Shown: piece by piece, positions 37,762 through 51,290 of the stretch
How the letters are laid out: each line of letters begins with the position of its first letter
Position numbering within the stretch: the first letter of the stretch is position 1
From: Octopus vulgaris
Lineage: Eukaryota
NCBI GenBank assembly: GCA_951406725.2
Contig: OX597818.1
Span: 128,898,001 to 128,962,000 of the forward strand
Direction of reading: 5' to 3'
DNA length: 64,000 bases
Notes under the pieces: model-generated
The model's input: only the letters and a program-made list of their open reading frames with translations
What the model was told of the DNA's origin: nothing
Databases searched by the model: none
Position numbers and translations under genes: made by a program

Positions 37762-38131
37762 TCTCTCTATATATAAACGGCAGTTTGTCTGTCTGCGTGT
37801 CTGTGTGTCTGTCAGGTTGTACCCTCACCCTGACCACGGCTTTCAACCGATTCTGATGAAACTTGACACATACATAGCCCAATGTCATAATTCAAAACTA
37901 ATGCAGCGAAAATTTTGAAAAGTTCCCCCAGTTCTGAAAGAAATCGATAAATTCGACATGGGGTCGAGAATCAGAAACACAAACCACAGACTGTCTAGGG
38001 GACGCAACTCGACCTTTTTAACTCTCAAAAAAATTTACCATCATTTTTTTGCTATTTTTTGGCTATAACTCTAAAAATGCTTTATAGTTATTTCCCTTAT
38101 AAACCCGAGCAACGCCGGGCGATACTGCTAG
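37762..38131 (+). mobile_element. Non-autonomous Helitron, second 5' type with a shared 3' end
   Basis: A|TC start; cccgagcaacgccgggcgatactgCTAG|T end. Confidence 0.85.
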
Positions 38132-38675
38132 TATTTTATAAACTCTACGGACACAGGAATTCCTGAAGTAAATCCAGTGGCATATACCTCCATACTATTG
38201 GCATCAGGTTGCTAAATACTGTGAATGGGCTTTAAACGGCTACTACAAAGTGTATTCCTGAATATAAAATTACACACACACACACACACATGGTGGGATG
38301 AACTCTTTGGTTTCGACTAATGGAACATCCAACTGTTCAATCACCTGGATGATCTGTTTATTGAATTAGTCTGAAAAGTAGCCGAGAATTTCATAGACAT
38401 GCGTAGTCTTAACGCAATTCTCAAACAGAATCTGCATCACAGCGTAACTAGGACGGACCTTTGTATTACTGGTATAGTTTATTTAGCGGGTTTCTATGTA
38501 GTTTCATTCTGCTCAAATTTACTCACAAGGCTTGGTGCAACTCAAAGATAGGGTAAAGAGGAAAAAAAAAAACTTGCCCAAGATACCACGCGGTGGAATT
38601 AGACCCAGGATTTCATGTTGGCGAAGCGAAACCTCTTCACCACCTAGCCGCACTCACAGACACACACACCTGTAT

Positions 38676-39061
38676 GTGGAAGCACTCCATCGGTTACGAC
38701 GATGAGGGTTCCGGTTGATCTGAATCAACGGAACAGCCTGCTTGTGAAATTAACGTGTAAGTGGCTGAGCACTCCACAGACACGTGTACCCTTAACGTAG
38801 TTCTCGGGGATATTCAGCGTGACACAGAGAGTGACAAGGCTGGTCCTTTGAAATACAGGTACAACAGAAACAGGAAGTAAGAGTGAGAGAAAGTTGTGGT
38901 GAAAGAGTACAGCAGGGATCACCACCATCCCCTGCCGGAGCCTCGTGGAGCTTTAGGTGTTTTCGCTCAATAAACACTCACAACGCCCGGTCTGGGAATC
39001 GAAACCGCGATCCTATGACCGCGAGTCCGCTGCCCTAACCACTGGGCCATTGCGCCTCCAC
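38676..39061 (-). mobile_element. SINE family B
   Basis: Reverse full-length copy; duplication acacctgtat. Confidence 0.92.
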
Positions 39062-39716
39062 GAACACCTGTATGTATGTATGTATGCAGGCATTGCTATA
39101 ATATCTTACGTAACTTAGTATTTCGTTTCATAAGCGAATCTTTGAAACGTCTTATTGTAGCAATGTTATAAACTTCTGCACCTTTTCTCCACCGACATGT
39201 CATGTCTCTCTCTCTCTCTTTACCTGCATCAATCTCCCCCCCCACTCCCTCTCTCATTCACCCGGTCCTTCTGTCAAGATCGAGAACACGCTAGCCCTTT
39301 CTATCCAATTCCCTTGTTCTCTTGTTCATTTGTGTATTTGTCATTCTCCTTCAAAAGGAGCAATGTCAAGACACTGGTCTCCTTCCTTTGTCGCTTGCCA
39401 AGTCTCTGCTCTAACCTTTTGGATTTCTTTCTCTTTCTTTCTCTCTCTCTCGTTCTCGTTAGCTGCCCCCTCTCTATCTATCTCTATAATATTCCTCTAC
39501 TCTTCTCTGTTTTCCCTTCCTGCTTCCTTCTGATGTCTAGTAGGGACACACACACACACACACACACGTAGATACGCGTGCTGAGTAAATGCACGCATGA
39601 ATGATTTCATATGATACGATTATATGATCCGATATCTTTCATTATACACACGAAATTCTATCAAGGGTCAGCTCCCAAATTGGAAGGCTGCAAAACCAGG
39701 ATGGAACGTATAACAA

Positions 39717-39772
<56 letters not shown>

Positions 39773-39848
39773 ATATATATACATATATATATATATGTAT
39801 GTATGTATGTAACACGCACGCACACACATACGTATGTCTGTCTGTCTA

Positions 39849-39917
<69 letters not shown>

Positions 39918-40447
39918 GTTTAATGTAATGCAACTTCTATAATTTGGTAGATGTAAACATATTTAATCTCACCGTGAAGAATTTTCCGGGCCAAAAGTTT
40001 GCATATAGAGAGCGCAAGAAATTATCCATTGTACTACAATTGTAGTTTACGCACACGCACACACACACACACACACACGCACACACACACACACACGCAC
40101 GCAAGCATATGCATGTAATAGCTATGGACTCTCCATTTATCTGCAGCATTCTACATGGCCAGAGTTGAAAACAGGGTGTTTTCTGAACAGAACAGAATTA
40201 TATCCGCTATATATGCATACCCACAATTCTGAATACGTGAGAAGGTTCAGTATAACAACGGAGGTGAAGTGGAGTGGGGGTAAATTTAGGGATTCCAGTG
40301 GCAAACCTTTTTAGGCTTAAGAATTCTTTATCATTATTCGCGCTGTTTTCACACTATCTTCCTTAATCTTTATTTTTCCTTTTGCCTGTTTCACTCATTT
40401 GACTGCGGCCATGCTGGGGCATCTCCTTGAAGAATTTTTAGTCGAAT

Positions 40448-40815
40448 ATGCCCAGTGGTTACGGCATCGGACTCGCGGTCGTAGGATCGCGGTTTCGGTT
40501 CCCAGACCGGGCGTTGTGAGTGTTTATTGAGCGAAAACACCTAAAAGCTCCACGAGGCTCCGGCAGGGATGGTGGTGATCCCTGCTGTACTCTTTCACCA
40601 CAACTTTCTCTCGCTCTTACTTCCTGTTTCTGTTGTACCTGTATTTCAAAGGGCCGGCCTTGTCACTCTCTGTGTCACGCTGAATATCCCCGAGAACTAC
40701 GTTAAGGGTACACGTGTCTGTGGAGTGCTCAACCACTTACACGTTAATTTCACGAGCAGGCTGTTCCGTTGATCGGATCAACCGGAACCCTCGTCGTCGT
40801 AACCGACGGAGTGCT
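40448..40815 (+). mobile_element. SINE family B, 5'-clipped
   Basis: Matches the other family B copies. Confidence 0.9.
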
Positions 40816-41073
40816 AAATAAAAAAACATTAAACCAACCCTTTCTTCATTTGTACCAGTTACGCACTGAGAGTCGATGTAATCCCTTTGTCTGTCCACAA
40901 ACCGAAGAAGAGAAATCAACAATTTAATTAGAGAACTTTAGTAACTCCTTAACGGAATATATAAATGGAAACGAGCCCAAGCCGTCGCTTGAGCAGAAAA
41001 CTTATTCAACTTAATGAATAGTATGTAGTGACGTTCATATTCCAGTGTGCGTGTGCGGTACGTCCTTCTTCAG

Positions 41074-41146
41074 TGCGCATGTGCGGGGTTGGAACCTTCT
41101 AGAACCTTCTGGAAAGGCATAGGGAAGTTCCCTCATGCGCATGCGC
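41074..41146. promoter_or_regulatory. Motif cluster: five-unit heat-shock element, kappaB-like site and two NRF1-like sites
   Basis: gGAAccTTCtaGAAccTTCtgGAAa (41091-41115), GGGAAGTTCC (41122-41131), TGCGCATGTGC (41074-41084), TGCGCATGCGC (41136-41146). Motif match only. Confidence 0.45.
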
Positions 41147-41459
41147 TAGAGACTGAAGGGGACAGACTAGGGCGTTTTCCTTAATAGCGCCGTGACGACC
41201 TGCTCTGTGGCTGTTGAATACCTGTTCTGTTGCTGCTGAATTGTTGTAACAAGCTTACAAACGTTAAAATTCAGCCTTGCTATATCGAACCAAGTGGATA
41301 CCAAGATACCAACGAACTTCTTTTGTAAATAAGAAAATAAAGAGTTATATATATATATTTTAAGGTTGCGTTACTTGTTCCTGACTGGTAGTCTCTGGAA
41401 TCTAAAGAAAGGAAATTGTGTTGCACCCAAGTTGCACCCCACAGGTGTAAAGAAGCAAC

Positions 41460-41800
41460 CAGTTCCCTTTACAAGTATCTCTAATCAGCACGGAGATGTA
41501 TCCTTTTTGGATGCTCCTGGTAGTACCGAAAAAATATTTTCCACAAATTAATTCCTAGTAAAAGTTCTCAAGCAAAATAAAATTGCTGTTGTAGACTCTT
41601 TTGGTGTGGCTATCACACTGTTACCTAGAGGTCGCAGAGCTCATTTTAAATTGAAGCCTGCTTTTGATGAAGCTGTTTGTGAAATTATTAAAACTTCTAT
41701 CATGGGAGAGATTTTTTTAAAAATGTGTACTTATGGTCTGTGATTAATGTATAATGGCCCATACAAAATCGTCGAAGTCCCTGACCAAAAACTCTCCAAA
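41460..41800 (+). pseudogene. Decayed Helitron PIF1-family helicase fragment
   Basis: FLDAPGSTEKIF (Walker A FLDAPGGTGKTF), SFGVAITLLPRGRRAHF (SSGIAATLLPGGRTAH) and VCD*CIMAH (IWDECTMAH), with stops and frameshifts. Confidence 0.85.
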
Positions 41801-42437
41801 ATGCTAACATTCACAAAACACTGATGAGTGGTATAACTGTTGCCTGATCAGGAGAATGTTCTGAATCTCTGCTAGTAAAACCTAAGGGAATAAAAGTTTA
41901 CGAAATTCGTGCACACTTTAAATCTGTCTGTAGCGTAGTGTTAAGACCTTAACGTTGACAACGAACACGCGAACAAGACTTTATGAAAATCGTAGCATTG
42001 AAATATTTTCTCAGAACTTGCTACAGTTTAGAAAAGGAGAAAATCCTGAGGACTCTGTCAGTAAGGTAATTAACAAAAAAAAAAAATTATTTACTTACTT
42101 TAGATATTGTACAAAGACTTTATTTGTCTGTGTGAAACATTGGCGCTAAAAAATTACTCCAAAACACCCCAAGGGATTCTTATATTCACATATCGATTAA
42201 AAGGAAGATCTCAAAAATCCAATGAAATTTCTAAATTATTTGACATTTCCAGGATTATCATTTCACAAATTACAACTTCTTTAATGCTTGTACGAAATAC
42301 CTAATGCGTTATTTATATTTGTGTTTTTAAACACAATATGTCTGTAAGAGATAGTATCTCCGAACGAATTCTACAGATAATTTGCCTTTTCACGACGTAT
42401 ATGCTTTAAGTATGATACACAGATGACTATGTTGATC

Positions 42438-42838
42438 TACTATTTCTTTATTGCTCACAGGGGGTTAAAAATAGAGGGGATAAACAAGGACAGACAGAGG
42501 GATTACATCGACCCTCAGTGCGTAACTGATACTTATTTAATCGACCCCGAAAGGATGAAAATCAAAGTCGACCTCGGCGAAATTTGAACTCAGAAGGTAT
42601 CGGCAGACGAAATACCTATTTCTTTACTACCCGCAAGGGGCTAAACACAGAGAGGACAAATAAGGACAGACAAACGGATTAAGTCGATTACATCGACTCC
42701 AGTGCGTAACTGGTACTTAATTTATCGATCCCGAAAGGATGAAAAGCAAAGTCGACCTCGGCGGAATTTGAACTCAGAACGTATCGGCAGACGAAATACC
42801 GCTAAGCATTACGCTTGGCGTGCTAACGATTCTGCCAG
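42438..42838 (-). mobile_element. SINE family C dimer
   Basis: Two bodies joined at gacgaaatacctatttcttt, the same junction as in the 24765 trimer. Confidence 0.88.
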
Positions 42839-43210
42839 CACTAATATTGCTTCTGTTACAAATAACGGATTTTTATTGAACCGGGCAGCTAATTGCAACA
42901 CCAGTGATTTTTCAGTCACTGTCTTTCTATCCCAACAGCGTTAGATGTCTTAGCAGTGGATACATGTCATTGACAAAGTCTAAGGAGACAGAAATGCATA
43001 TCGAGTCTTCTCACAGCTGCTGGATGTCGTTCGTCTTCTCACTGATATACTTGTGCTGTTTAACACAGTACGTCCACAAGAAATATAATCTCTTGACGAA
43101 TACAGCACTAAAATTTCATTTTCGCGATGTGCCTGCATTAAGTTTGATACGCAGATGGCTATTTTAATCTAACAGTATTTCCGTTGCACATAACGGATAT
43201 ATATATATAT

Positions 43211-43244
<34 letters not shown>

Positions 43245-43284
43245 TTATATATATATATATATATATATTATTATTATTATTATT

Positions 43285-43600
43285 ATATGTAGAAAAATAC
43301 AAACTGGGACAAGAACGCAAAACACTTAGAAGACGATACAAAAAACACGGACGGGACATTCGAAGCCTTCAATCTTCAGTCAAGAACCGGATCATCGTAG
43401 CAATTTCGGCTGATATAACGGGAAGGTTTACGAAAATAAATAAAAGACGAAGGCAGGTGGAGTACAAACAAAGAGATGTATTAGTATAACGCTCAGGAAT
43501 AGAAAAAAGTCTTTTACGTTTCGAGCCTACGCTCTTCTACAGAAAGAGACACAGAAAAAACAAGGAGAGAAACAAGGAGAGAAAAAGAAGGAGAGAAAAG
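43285..43600 (-). mobile_element. Penelope-like terminal fragments with a minimal hammerhead-like motif (43510-43547)
   Basis: Minus strand tcttt-CTGTAGA-a-gagc-gtag-gctc-GAAAC-GTA-aaaga; homologous to 45418-45600. Confidence 0.6.
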
Positions 43601-43779
43601 GCGATAGAGGAGAGAGACAGAAGGGAAAGAGGAGAGAGAAAGAAGAGAGAGAGAAGAGAGAGGGAGAGAGAGAGAGAGAGAGAGGAATACCCCATTCCAG
43701 TAGTTTATTGGATTCAATTCAAAAAGCTTATACAAACACACGCTACCTACAAATCAATTTGCCACGTGACACATCTTCA

Positions 43780-44070
43780 GTAACCGCCACCACCATCCAC
43801 CACCACCGCCGCTACCACCGCCACCACCACCACTACCACCGCCACCACTGCCACCACCACCACCACTACCACCGCCGCCACCACCACTACCACCGCCACC
43901 ACCACCCACCGCCACCACCACTACCACCGCCACCACCACTACCACCGCCACCACCACCACTACCACCACCACTACCACCGCCACCACCACCACCACCACC
44001 ACCACCGCCACCACCACCACTACCACCGCCGCCACCACCTCTACCACCACTACCGCCGTCGTCACCATCT
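43780..44070. repeat. (CCA/CCG/CTA)n trinucleotide low-complexity tract
   Basis: Directly visible; explains the poly-P/H/G/V ORFs. Confidence 0.92.
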
Positions 44071-44628
44071 CTACTGCTATCATCGTTATCAGATTTAATA
44101 TCTACTAAAAACATTCTTCTCTTTGAAGCGATAACACCGACATTGGAGTGTGATAAGAGAGGTGAGACGGGGGGGGGGGGGAGTAATTTTAAAGGAAACA
44201 AATAAAAAGAAAAGAAAAAAAAAAAGCATATTAATAAACATACACGTAGTCCCTTTCTTCTTGATTAAGCAATAAAAAAATTATACATCAAGGCATTTAG
44301 TCTGTCACACTATCATTTGTTCCGCTCCAACTGCGTAATACATATTTGTATATTTGTGTGTGTGTGTCCCTCGCCTCTCTGTATGCATAAGTATGTTAAT
44401 GTGAGTCTCTACATATATATATGTATGTATGTATGTGTAAGTGCATGTGTATATGTGTAAGTGCATGTGTGTCTGTGTGTGTGTGTCTGTGTAAGTATGA
44501 GCAAGTTTGTATGTATACGTATGTGTAAACCGATTTCTTGGCAGTCACAAATATACACACATACAATCATAATATACATATATATATACATAAATACACA
44601 TTCACATTCACATATATACACACCTACA

Positions 44629-44663
<35 letters not shown>

Positions 44664-44679
44664 CATGCATTCATACATA

Positions 44680-44682
44680 AAG

Positions 44683-44713
<31 letters not shown>

Positions 44714-44726
44714 GAAAGATAGATAA

Positions 44727-44775
<49 letters not shown>

Positions 44776-44776
44776 C

Positions 44777-44873
<97 letters not shown>

Positions 44874-44932
44874 CATAGATAGATAGATAGAAAGATAGAT
44901 AGATAGAGAGATAGATAGATGGATAGATAGAT
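44680..44932. repeat. (ATAG)n tetranucleotide microsatellite
   Basis: Directly visible. Confidence 0.95.
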
Positions 44933-45287
44933 ATACACACAACTTTAAAAAAAAACGAATGATACAGAAAAAAGAAACAAACCACACTTATACCTTGACA
45001 GGAACAAGAAAATAAATAATAAAATAAATGGCGGTAAACAAGAACAAAAAATGCTTCTTATAGGACGAGACTTCAAAAGCCTATGTCTACAGGACATGTT
45101 GGAAACAATACTGTACAAACGTCCGCATAAAATCAGTGATTTTGTACTTCATGTGGAAGATTATATAGATAGTCACATTTCGTTTCAAAGTTTCTTTCTT
45201 CTCAAAATTATATATATTTGTGAAAAAAAACTGTTTTGATTTTGTTTTCGTTTTCCGAAGAGACATTCACTCAAGCACAAATACAGA

Positions 45288-45337
<50 letters not shown>

Positions 45338-45417
45338 CAGGGTTGCCACTCATCAAATAAAACACCCAGATCCCTATTTTATAAACCTAGATGTTAGAAA
45401 ATAGGTATATAACTGGT

Positions 45418-45625
45418 AACGGGAAAGTTTACGAAAATAAACAAAAGACGAAGGTAGGTGGAGTACAAACAAACAAATGTATGTATTAGTATGGCGCTCA
45501 GGAATAGAAATAGAAAAAGTCTTTTACGTTTCGAGCCTACACTCTTCGACAGAAAGATACACAGAAAAAAACAAGGAGAGAAAAAAATGCGTGTAGGAGC
45601 TAACGGTCCATCATGGCGTCCTGGT
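45418..45625 (-). mobile_element. Penelope-like terminal fragment with a minimal hammerhead-like motif (45520-45557)
   Basis: tcttt-CTGTCGA-a-gagt-gtag-gctc-GAAAC-GTA-aaaga on the minus strand. Confidence 0.6.
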
Positions 45626-45699
45626 AATATAATTGGTAATTTAATGATGAAATTATATGACAAAATGAATACAGAAATTAATACTTACTTTATATCACA

Positions 45700-46096
45700 C
45701 TAGCAGTATCGCCCGGCGTTGCTCGGGTTTGTAAGGGAAATAACTATATAAGCATTTTTAGAAAGTTATAGCCAAAAAATAGCAAAAAAATGCATTAAAA
45801 ATGGAATAAAAATTATGGTAAATTTTTTTTAAATCGTTGACTCATCGTAGACATTTTAGAGAGTTTCTTCCCTTATATAATAGCGAAAAAATGCATTAAA
45901 ATGGGAAAAAATGATGGTAAATTTGTTTTTAAATCGTAGACTCATCGTAGACGCGCGCTAATACCCAGAAGGGCTCGATATGAATCACGACTATAAGATA
46001 CCCGCTTTTGGTTAAACTGCACCGCAAAATGTGGGAGTAAGGAATCTAAATCGTAGGAGACACACACGCACACAACTTCACTTTTATATATAAAGA
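45700..46096 (-). mobile_element. Non-autonomous Helitron, same family as 28023-28499
   Basis: TC...hairpin-CTAG on the minus strand, inserted at AT. Confidence 0.88.
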
Positions 46097-46348
46097 TGGC
46101 AGCTAATTGTGAATTTCGTACATATCCACATCATCTTCATTCACTCCTTCAATGGTGACAGACTCGTTTTCTTCCTTTCTGAAGTTCAATCTACTCGTAT
46201 ATCTACGATGACAAGACCCATTCACTACATCTTTAATAAATTTAGCATTCGGCTCCCAAGAAATGCATGATGCTCCCTTTCTTGTAATTGCTTGTTTAGA
46301 GAGTAGACGATCGGTGATCGTTTCGGCCTTCAACCTATTAGTGAACTT

Positions 46349-46610
46349 GGATCTTTTCGGTTTGAACGGCAGTTTTTAACATAATTTCTAGGTAACTAAA
46401 AAATTTGAAACTTCGTATACTGGTAGAATGTGTTTATAAAACATCTTTTTCTCTTGGCTTTATTGAGAAAATTCTATAGTTTGTAAGATATTTGTTGTTT
46501 TTTTTCTTCAATTTCTGCAATTTCAGCCAATCAGTGACGTCTATTGAGGTAAAAAAAAAAATTCTGTGCCGTATGAATATGTCCCTCATTTAAGAAACAG
46601 ATTGGGTTTA
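46349..46610 (+). mobile_element. Truncated MITE family M2 copy at the hAT deletion breakpoint
   Basis: Left TIR ggatcttttcggtttgaacggcag plus about 260 bp matching 55947 onward. Confidence 0.85.
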
Positions 46611-47409
46611 GCATGTGTTTCGTCCCGTTGTTAATCATTGTTTCATAGATCCTTTTTGCTCCGTCCACTTTTTCTACTTTAGCCTCTGACTGAAAATAAA
46701 GTACAAGGGCATCCCACTATTCTAATATAACGTTAATTACATTTCCACACGACAACTTTGCGAAAGCTTTGGAATCTTGTTTTCTTTTGTGCCAACAACA
46801 CTTTGTATCACATTGAAATCATTTTGACGTTTGCTACTCCGAGAAAAGTAAAAAGTTAAGCCCTTTAAAAAGGACTCGAGATACGAAGGTAACACCTTCA
46901 CTGCATGACTTGAACAAAGTGCAAACGAATGGCAAACACAGCCTATTGTAAATAGTCGGAATATCGTTTCTCAATAACTTTTGAAACTCGCTCTTGTTAC
47001 CCATCATTATTGAGCAATTAACGTTGGCAAATCCAAGTATGTTGCTCATAGATACATTTTCTTCTGACAGCATCGTACAAACCCTGAGACGAACCATTTT
47101 CTACTACAATTGAATCCAGAAGAGCATCCTTGACATTAAACGATTGTTCATAAAAAAAGCGAATAACTTTTGCTAAGATTTGTGTCACTTGAGATGTCCG
47201 TACTCTCATCTATCAATGATGAAAACTTTTGTTTCTTGAGAATTTCCAAGATTTCATTTTGTTCATAATGTGCAATTCCGTCTTGCATAATGTATGTTAA
47301 TTTTTTTTTTTTTTTTCATTTGTAGACTTTTAGCTATTTCATTATCGAGAAAGGCCTTTTTGCAAACTTCGGCAAAGTGATTTATATGGACGAAAGGTAC
47401 GTGATGTTA

Positions 47410-47632
47410 CTGGCAGAAGCGTTAGCACGCCAGGCAAAATGCTTTGCAGTATTTCGTCTGCCGTTACGTTGTGAGTTCAAATTCCGCCGAGGTCAACTTT
47501 GCCTTTCATCCTTTCGGGGTCGATAAATTAAGCACCAGTTACACACTGGGGTCGATGTAATCGACTTAATACCTATGTCTGTCCTTGTTTGTCCCCTCTA
47601 TGTTTAGCCCCTTGTGGGTAATAAAGAAATAG
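47410..47632 (+). mobile_element. Young SINE family C inserted in the hAT transposase
   Basis: Duplication agg(t/a)acgtgatgtt. Confidence 0.9.
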
Positions 47633-48253
47633 GAACGTGATGTTCAGCAACATAACCTGTTAGTAGCAAGTCTGCCTTCGCTACTTTTTCATTTAAGGTA
47701 TCATCTGTTTTTTTTAGCAATAAATGAATCTAATTTAACAGCAGATTTTGCACAATCAAAAGCTTTCTTGTGTTTGGCAGCATTGATTTGTTAGCATTTT
47801 CCAACACAACGTTGGAACAAACGCAGTAGAAGGTATCAGGATTTTTATCATTTTGCCGTAACCAATCCTTAAGCTTCGCATCCGCCAACCACGACTTCTT
47901 GACATTTTGGGTGTACCACTTCCTCTTTTTGGACACACTATTGTCTGCCATTACTTCGCAAAGGGTTATAAAATAAAAACACACACTCGAAATGTTAAAC
48001 AAATTTTAAATCACGAGTAACAATCGAAGCGTACACCATCAACACAGTCAAGCAGTCAACTGGCGGTGCCAGAGTTTCAGACAGGTGTACAAGCGACCAC
48101 CAAAGTGTTGTAACTTGTAGTTATCCGGTATGATACAGGTATAAACAAATAATGACCGCATACGATTGGTAATTACGTCACATACAATATTTGTATTAAA
48201 AAATTCATTACGTGTGATGGTTATGGATGATATATAAAAAGTTTACAAAGTAT

Positions 48254-48541
48254 AGATCTTTTCTTTTTGAAAGCCAGATTTTTCAGATTTTTCTGGTTAA
48301 CTAAATAATTTGAAACTTCGTATACTGGTAGAATGTGTCAATAGAAAACAATAATTTCAACTAGTTTTTTTGACAAAAATGTATTTTATAAGTTTAAACG
48401 TAGTTTAAATCTGCGAATTTTAACAATTCCGTTTTCATTTTGGTTTACAATTATGTTTTCTTTTGACACATTCTACCAGTATACGAAGTTTCAAATTGTT
48501 TAGTTAACTAGGAAAATCTGGCTTTCAAAAAGAAAAGATCC
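48254..48541. mobile_element. MITE related to family M2, long TIRs, 8-bp TSD
   Basis: (a/g)gatcttttctttttgaaagccaga termini, shared aaacttcgtatactggtagaatgtg motif; TSD caaagtat. Confidence 0.88.
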
Positions 48542-48741
48542 CAAAGTATTAGAAGAGGTGCAACTTTGGTAAATATTGCATACAAAAAGTATGATACCGA
48601 ATTCTCTTTAAAAGATAAGTTTGCGGCCAAAACCAACTTAAACATCCAGCTTTAATGTAAATTTGGAAATTAAAACCCATCATTGCCCCCAAAAACTCCA
48701 GATCTGGGTGGAAAAACCAATTAGTGGCATCACTGATATAA

Positions 48742-48803
<62 letters not shown>

Positions 48804-49210
48804 ATGTTTATATATACATAGAGGTACATATATATATATATATATATATGTATATATTTACACACACACAAAGATGTGTGTGTGTGTAGATAGATGGCTG
48901 GATAGATAGATAGATAGATACATACCTCCCACATACACATATCTACACTACACACAGAAATATACATATATTATACATAAACTTGCATTTTATATGCATT
49001 AAATGTGTGTGCACGCGTGTGTGTGTGTGTGTATGTGTGTGTGTTTACGTTAGGAGTTCAAAAGAAGCGTGACAGGGAACGAACGGAAAACTCACAATAC
49101 ACGGACATGCTCTTTCCTCGTCAGTAATCGTCCAAATATCATTACAGTTCACATGCACGGGCGCGCGTACATACTTACGATTGTATGTCTTTTAAATACA
49201 TGTTTGTGAT

Positions 49211-49297
<87 letters not shown>

Positions 49298-49325
49298 GTC
49301 TATCATCTATCTATTTATCTATCTA

Positions 49326-49560
49326 TCTATTTTCTTTTACAACCCACAAGGGGCTAAACATAGAGGGGACAAACAAGGACTGACAAACGGATTGAGTCGA
49401 TTACATCGAACCCAGTGTGTAACTGGTACTTAATTTATCGACCCCGAAAGGATGAAAGGCAAAGTCGACCTCGGCGGAATTTGAACTCAGAACGTAACGG
49501 CAGACGAAATACGGCTACGCATCTCGCCCGGCGTGCTAACGTTTCTGCCAGCTCGCCACC
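49326..49560 (-). mobile_element. Young SINE family C within (ATCT)n
   Basis: Full-length reverse copy. Confidence 0.9.
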
Positions 49561-49593
49561 ATCTATCTACCTATCTATCTATCTATCTATCTA

Positions 49594-49672
<79 letters not shown>

Positions 49673-50112
49673 ATCTGTCTGTTTGACTGCCTGTTTGTTT
49701 ATATGTGTGTATGTATGGATGTGCGTGAGTATAAACACGTGCGGTTTGCATAAAATTATAAACAAAAACAATCCAAACCCCAACCAAATATATTTATGTT
49801 ATATATATATACATATATATATGTATATATGTATATATGTTATACGACATACAAACGTACACGTAGTCCGTTCATTTGCCAATTCATTGAATATATTTGG
49901 TAAATCATTTGTTCCTAATCAAATTTATCTATTGTAGCAAACGTCATTCGCCCATTTCTTTTAAAGGAATAGCAAGAAGATTTTTTGTAAAAATATATAA
50001 ATAAAAAAGGGCTTGAAAGAAAAGAAAAATCGTATGCTCCACTGATTGCCAACAACTAACTGCTGAACACCCATTGACACCAACATTGTGCACACGCGTG
50101 TCTCTGCATGTT

Positions 50113-50152
<40 letters not shown>

Positions 50153-50172
50153 TATATATACACATATATGTG

Positions 50173-50224
<52 letters not shown>

Positions 50225-50447
50225 CGCACGCATTTAAACACTTCCCTCCACACGCACAAATATATACATATGGGCACAAAAATAATTTATGTATATATAT
50301 ATATGTATATATATACTATATCCAAGCATAGATTTTACTAATGTATTTAAATACATACATATACACAGATAATTCATAACATTGTATGTGCATGTATACA
50401 CGTCTTTACATATAATGTTTGAATTATGTTTATGTATTTATACACAT

Positions 50448-50557
<110 letters not shown>

Positions 50558-50974
50558 CTATTTGTCGTGCTTCTTTTTTTAGTAATGGCGGCCATTGCTT
50601 TTCAAAGAAGAAACCACGTTTGTATTTTTGTTTTGACATTTTAAACAGTTTCTTTCCCTTCCTCACATTTATATATTTATATTTGTTTTGATTTTATCTA
50701 CGAATCTATTTTACTTATTTTCATATATTAACTTAGCTGTAGTTTTGTGTCTGATTTTTTAGTTTTTCCTCACGTTTCTTTTTATGTGTCTATGTTCTCT
50801 ATGGGAAAAGAAATCGAAAATGATTTCGAAATATCTTCGTTTAAACGACATCAAAAAGAACTGAGCGGAGACAAAAAAATGGAGGAATGAAAAGCAAAGA
50901 ACAACGTACACAGTCTCTGTCTGTCTGTCTCTCTTCCTCTCTCTCAAACACACACACACAAACAAACAAACAAA

Positions 50975-51058
<84 letters not shown>

Positions 51059-51063
51059 TAGAT

Positions 51064-51290
51064 ATATTTCTTTATTGCCCACAAGGGGCTAAACACAGAG
51101 AGGGGACAAAGAAGGACAGACAAAGGTATTAAAGTCGATTACATCGACCCCAGTGCGTAAATGGTACTTAATTTATCGACCCCGAAAGGATGAAAGGCAA
51201 AGTCGACCTCGGCGGAATTTGAACTCAGAACGTAAAGGGCAGACGAAATACGGCAACGCATTTCGCCCGGCGTGCTAACGATTCTGCCAT
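51064..51290 (-). mobile_element. Young SINE family C
   Basis: Reverse copy. Confidence 0.9.

Larger units (their letters stand above)
45338..48735 (-). mobile_element. Decayed hAT-superfamily transposon with both ends and nested insertions
   Basis: 35-bp imperfect TIRs (cagggttgccact..cacccagatc / gatctgggtg..agtggcatcactg). Transposase remnant from ATG ~47951: zinc-finger N-terminus, FSSLIDESTD, CHSFALCSS, EQWDALVLYF, C-terminal NRLKAET...WEP (46103-46347). Confidence 0.82.

Noticed and set aside
43708-44205. Poly-His/poly-Pro ORF resembling a formin or WASP proline-rich domain
   Set aside because: It is a simple (CCA)n tract open in several frames on both strands, with no recognisable flanking domain.
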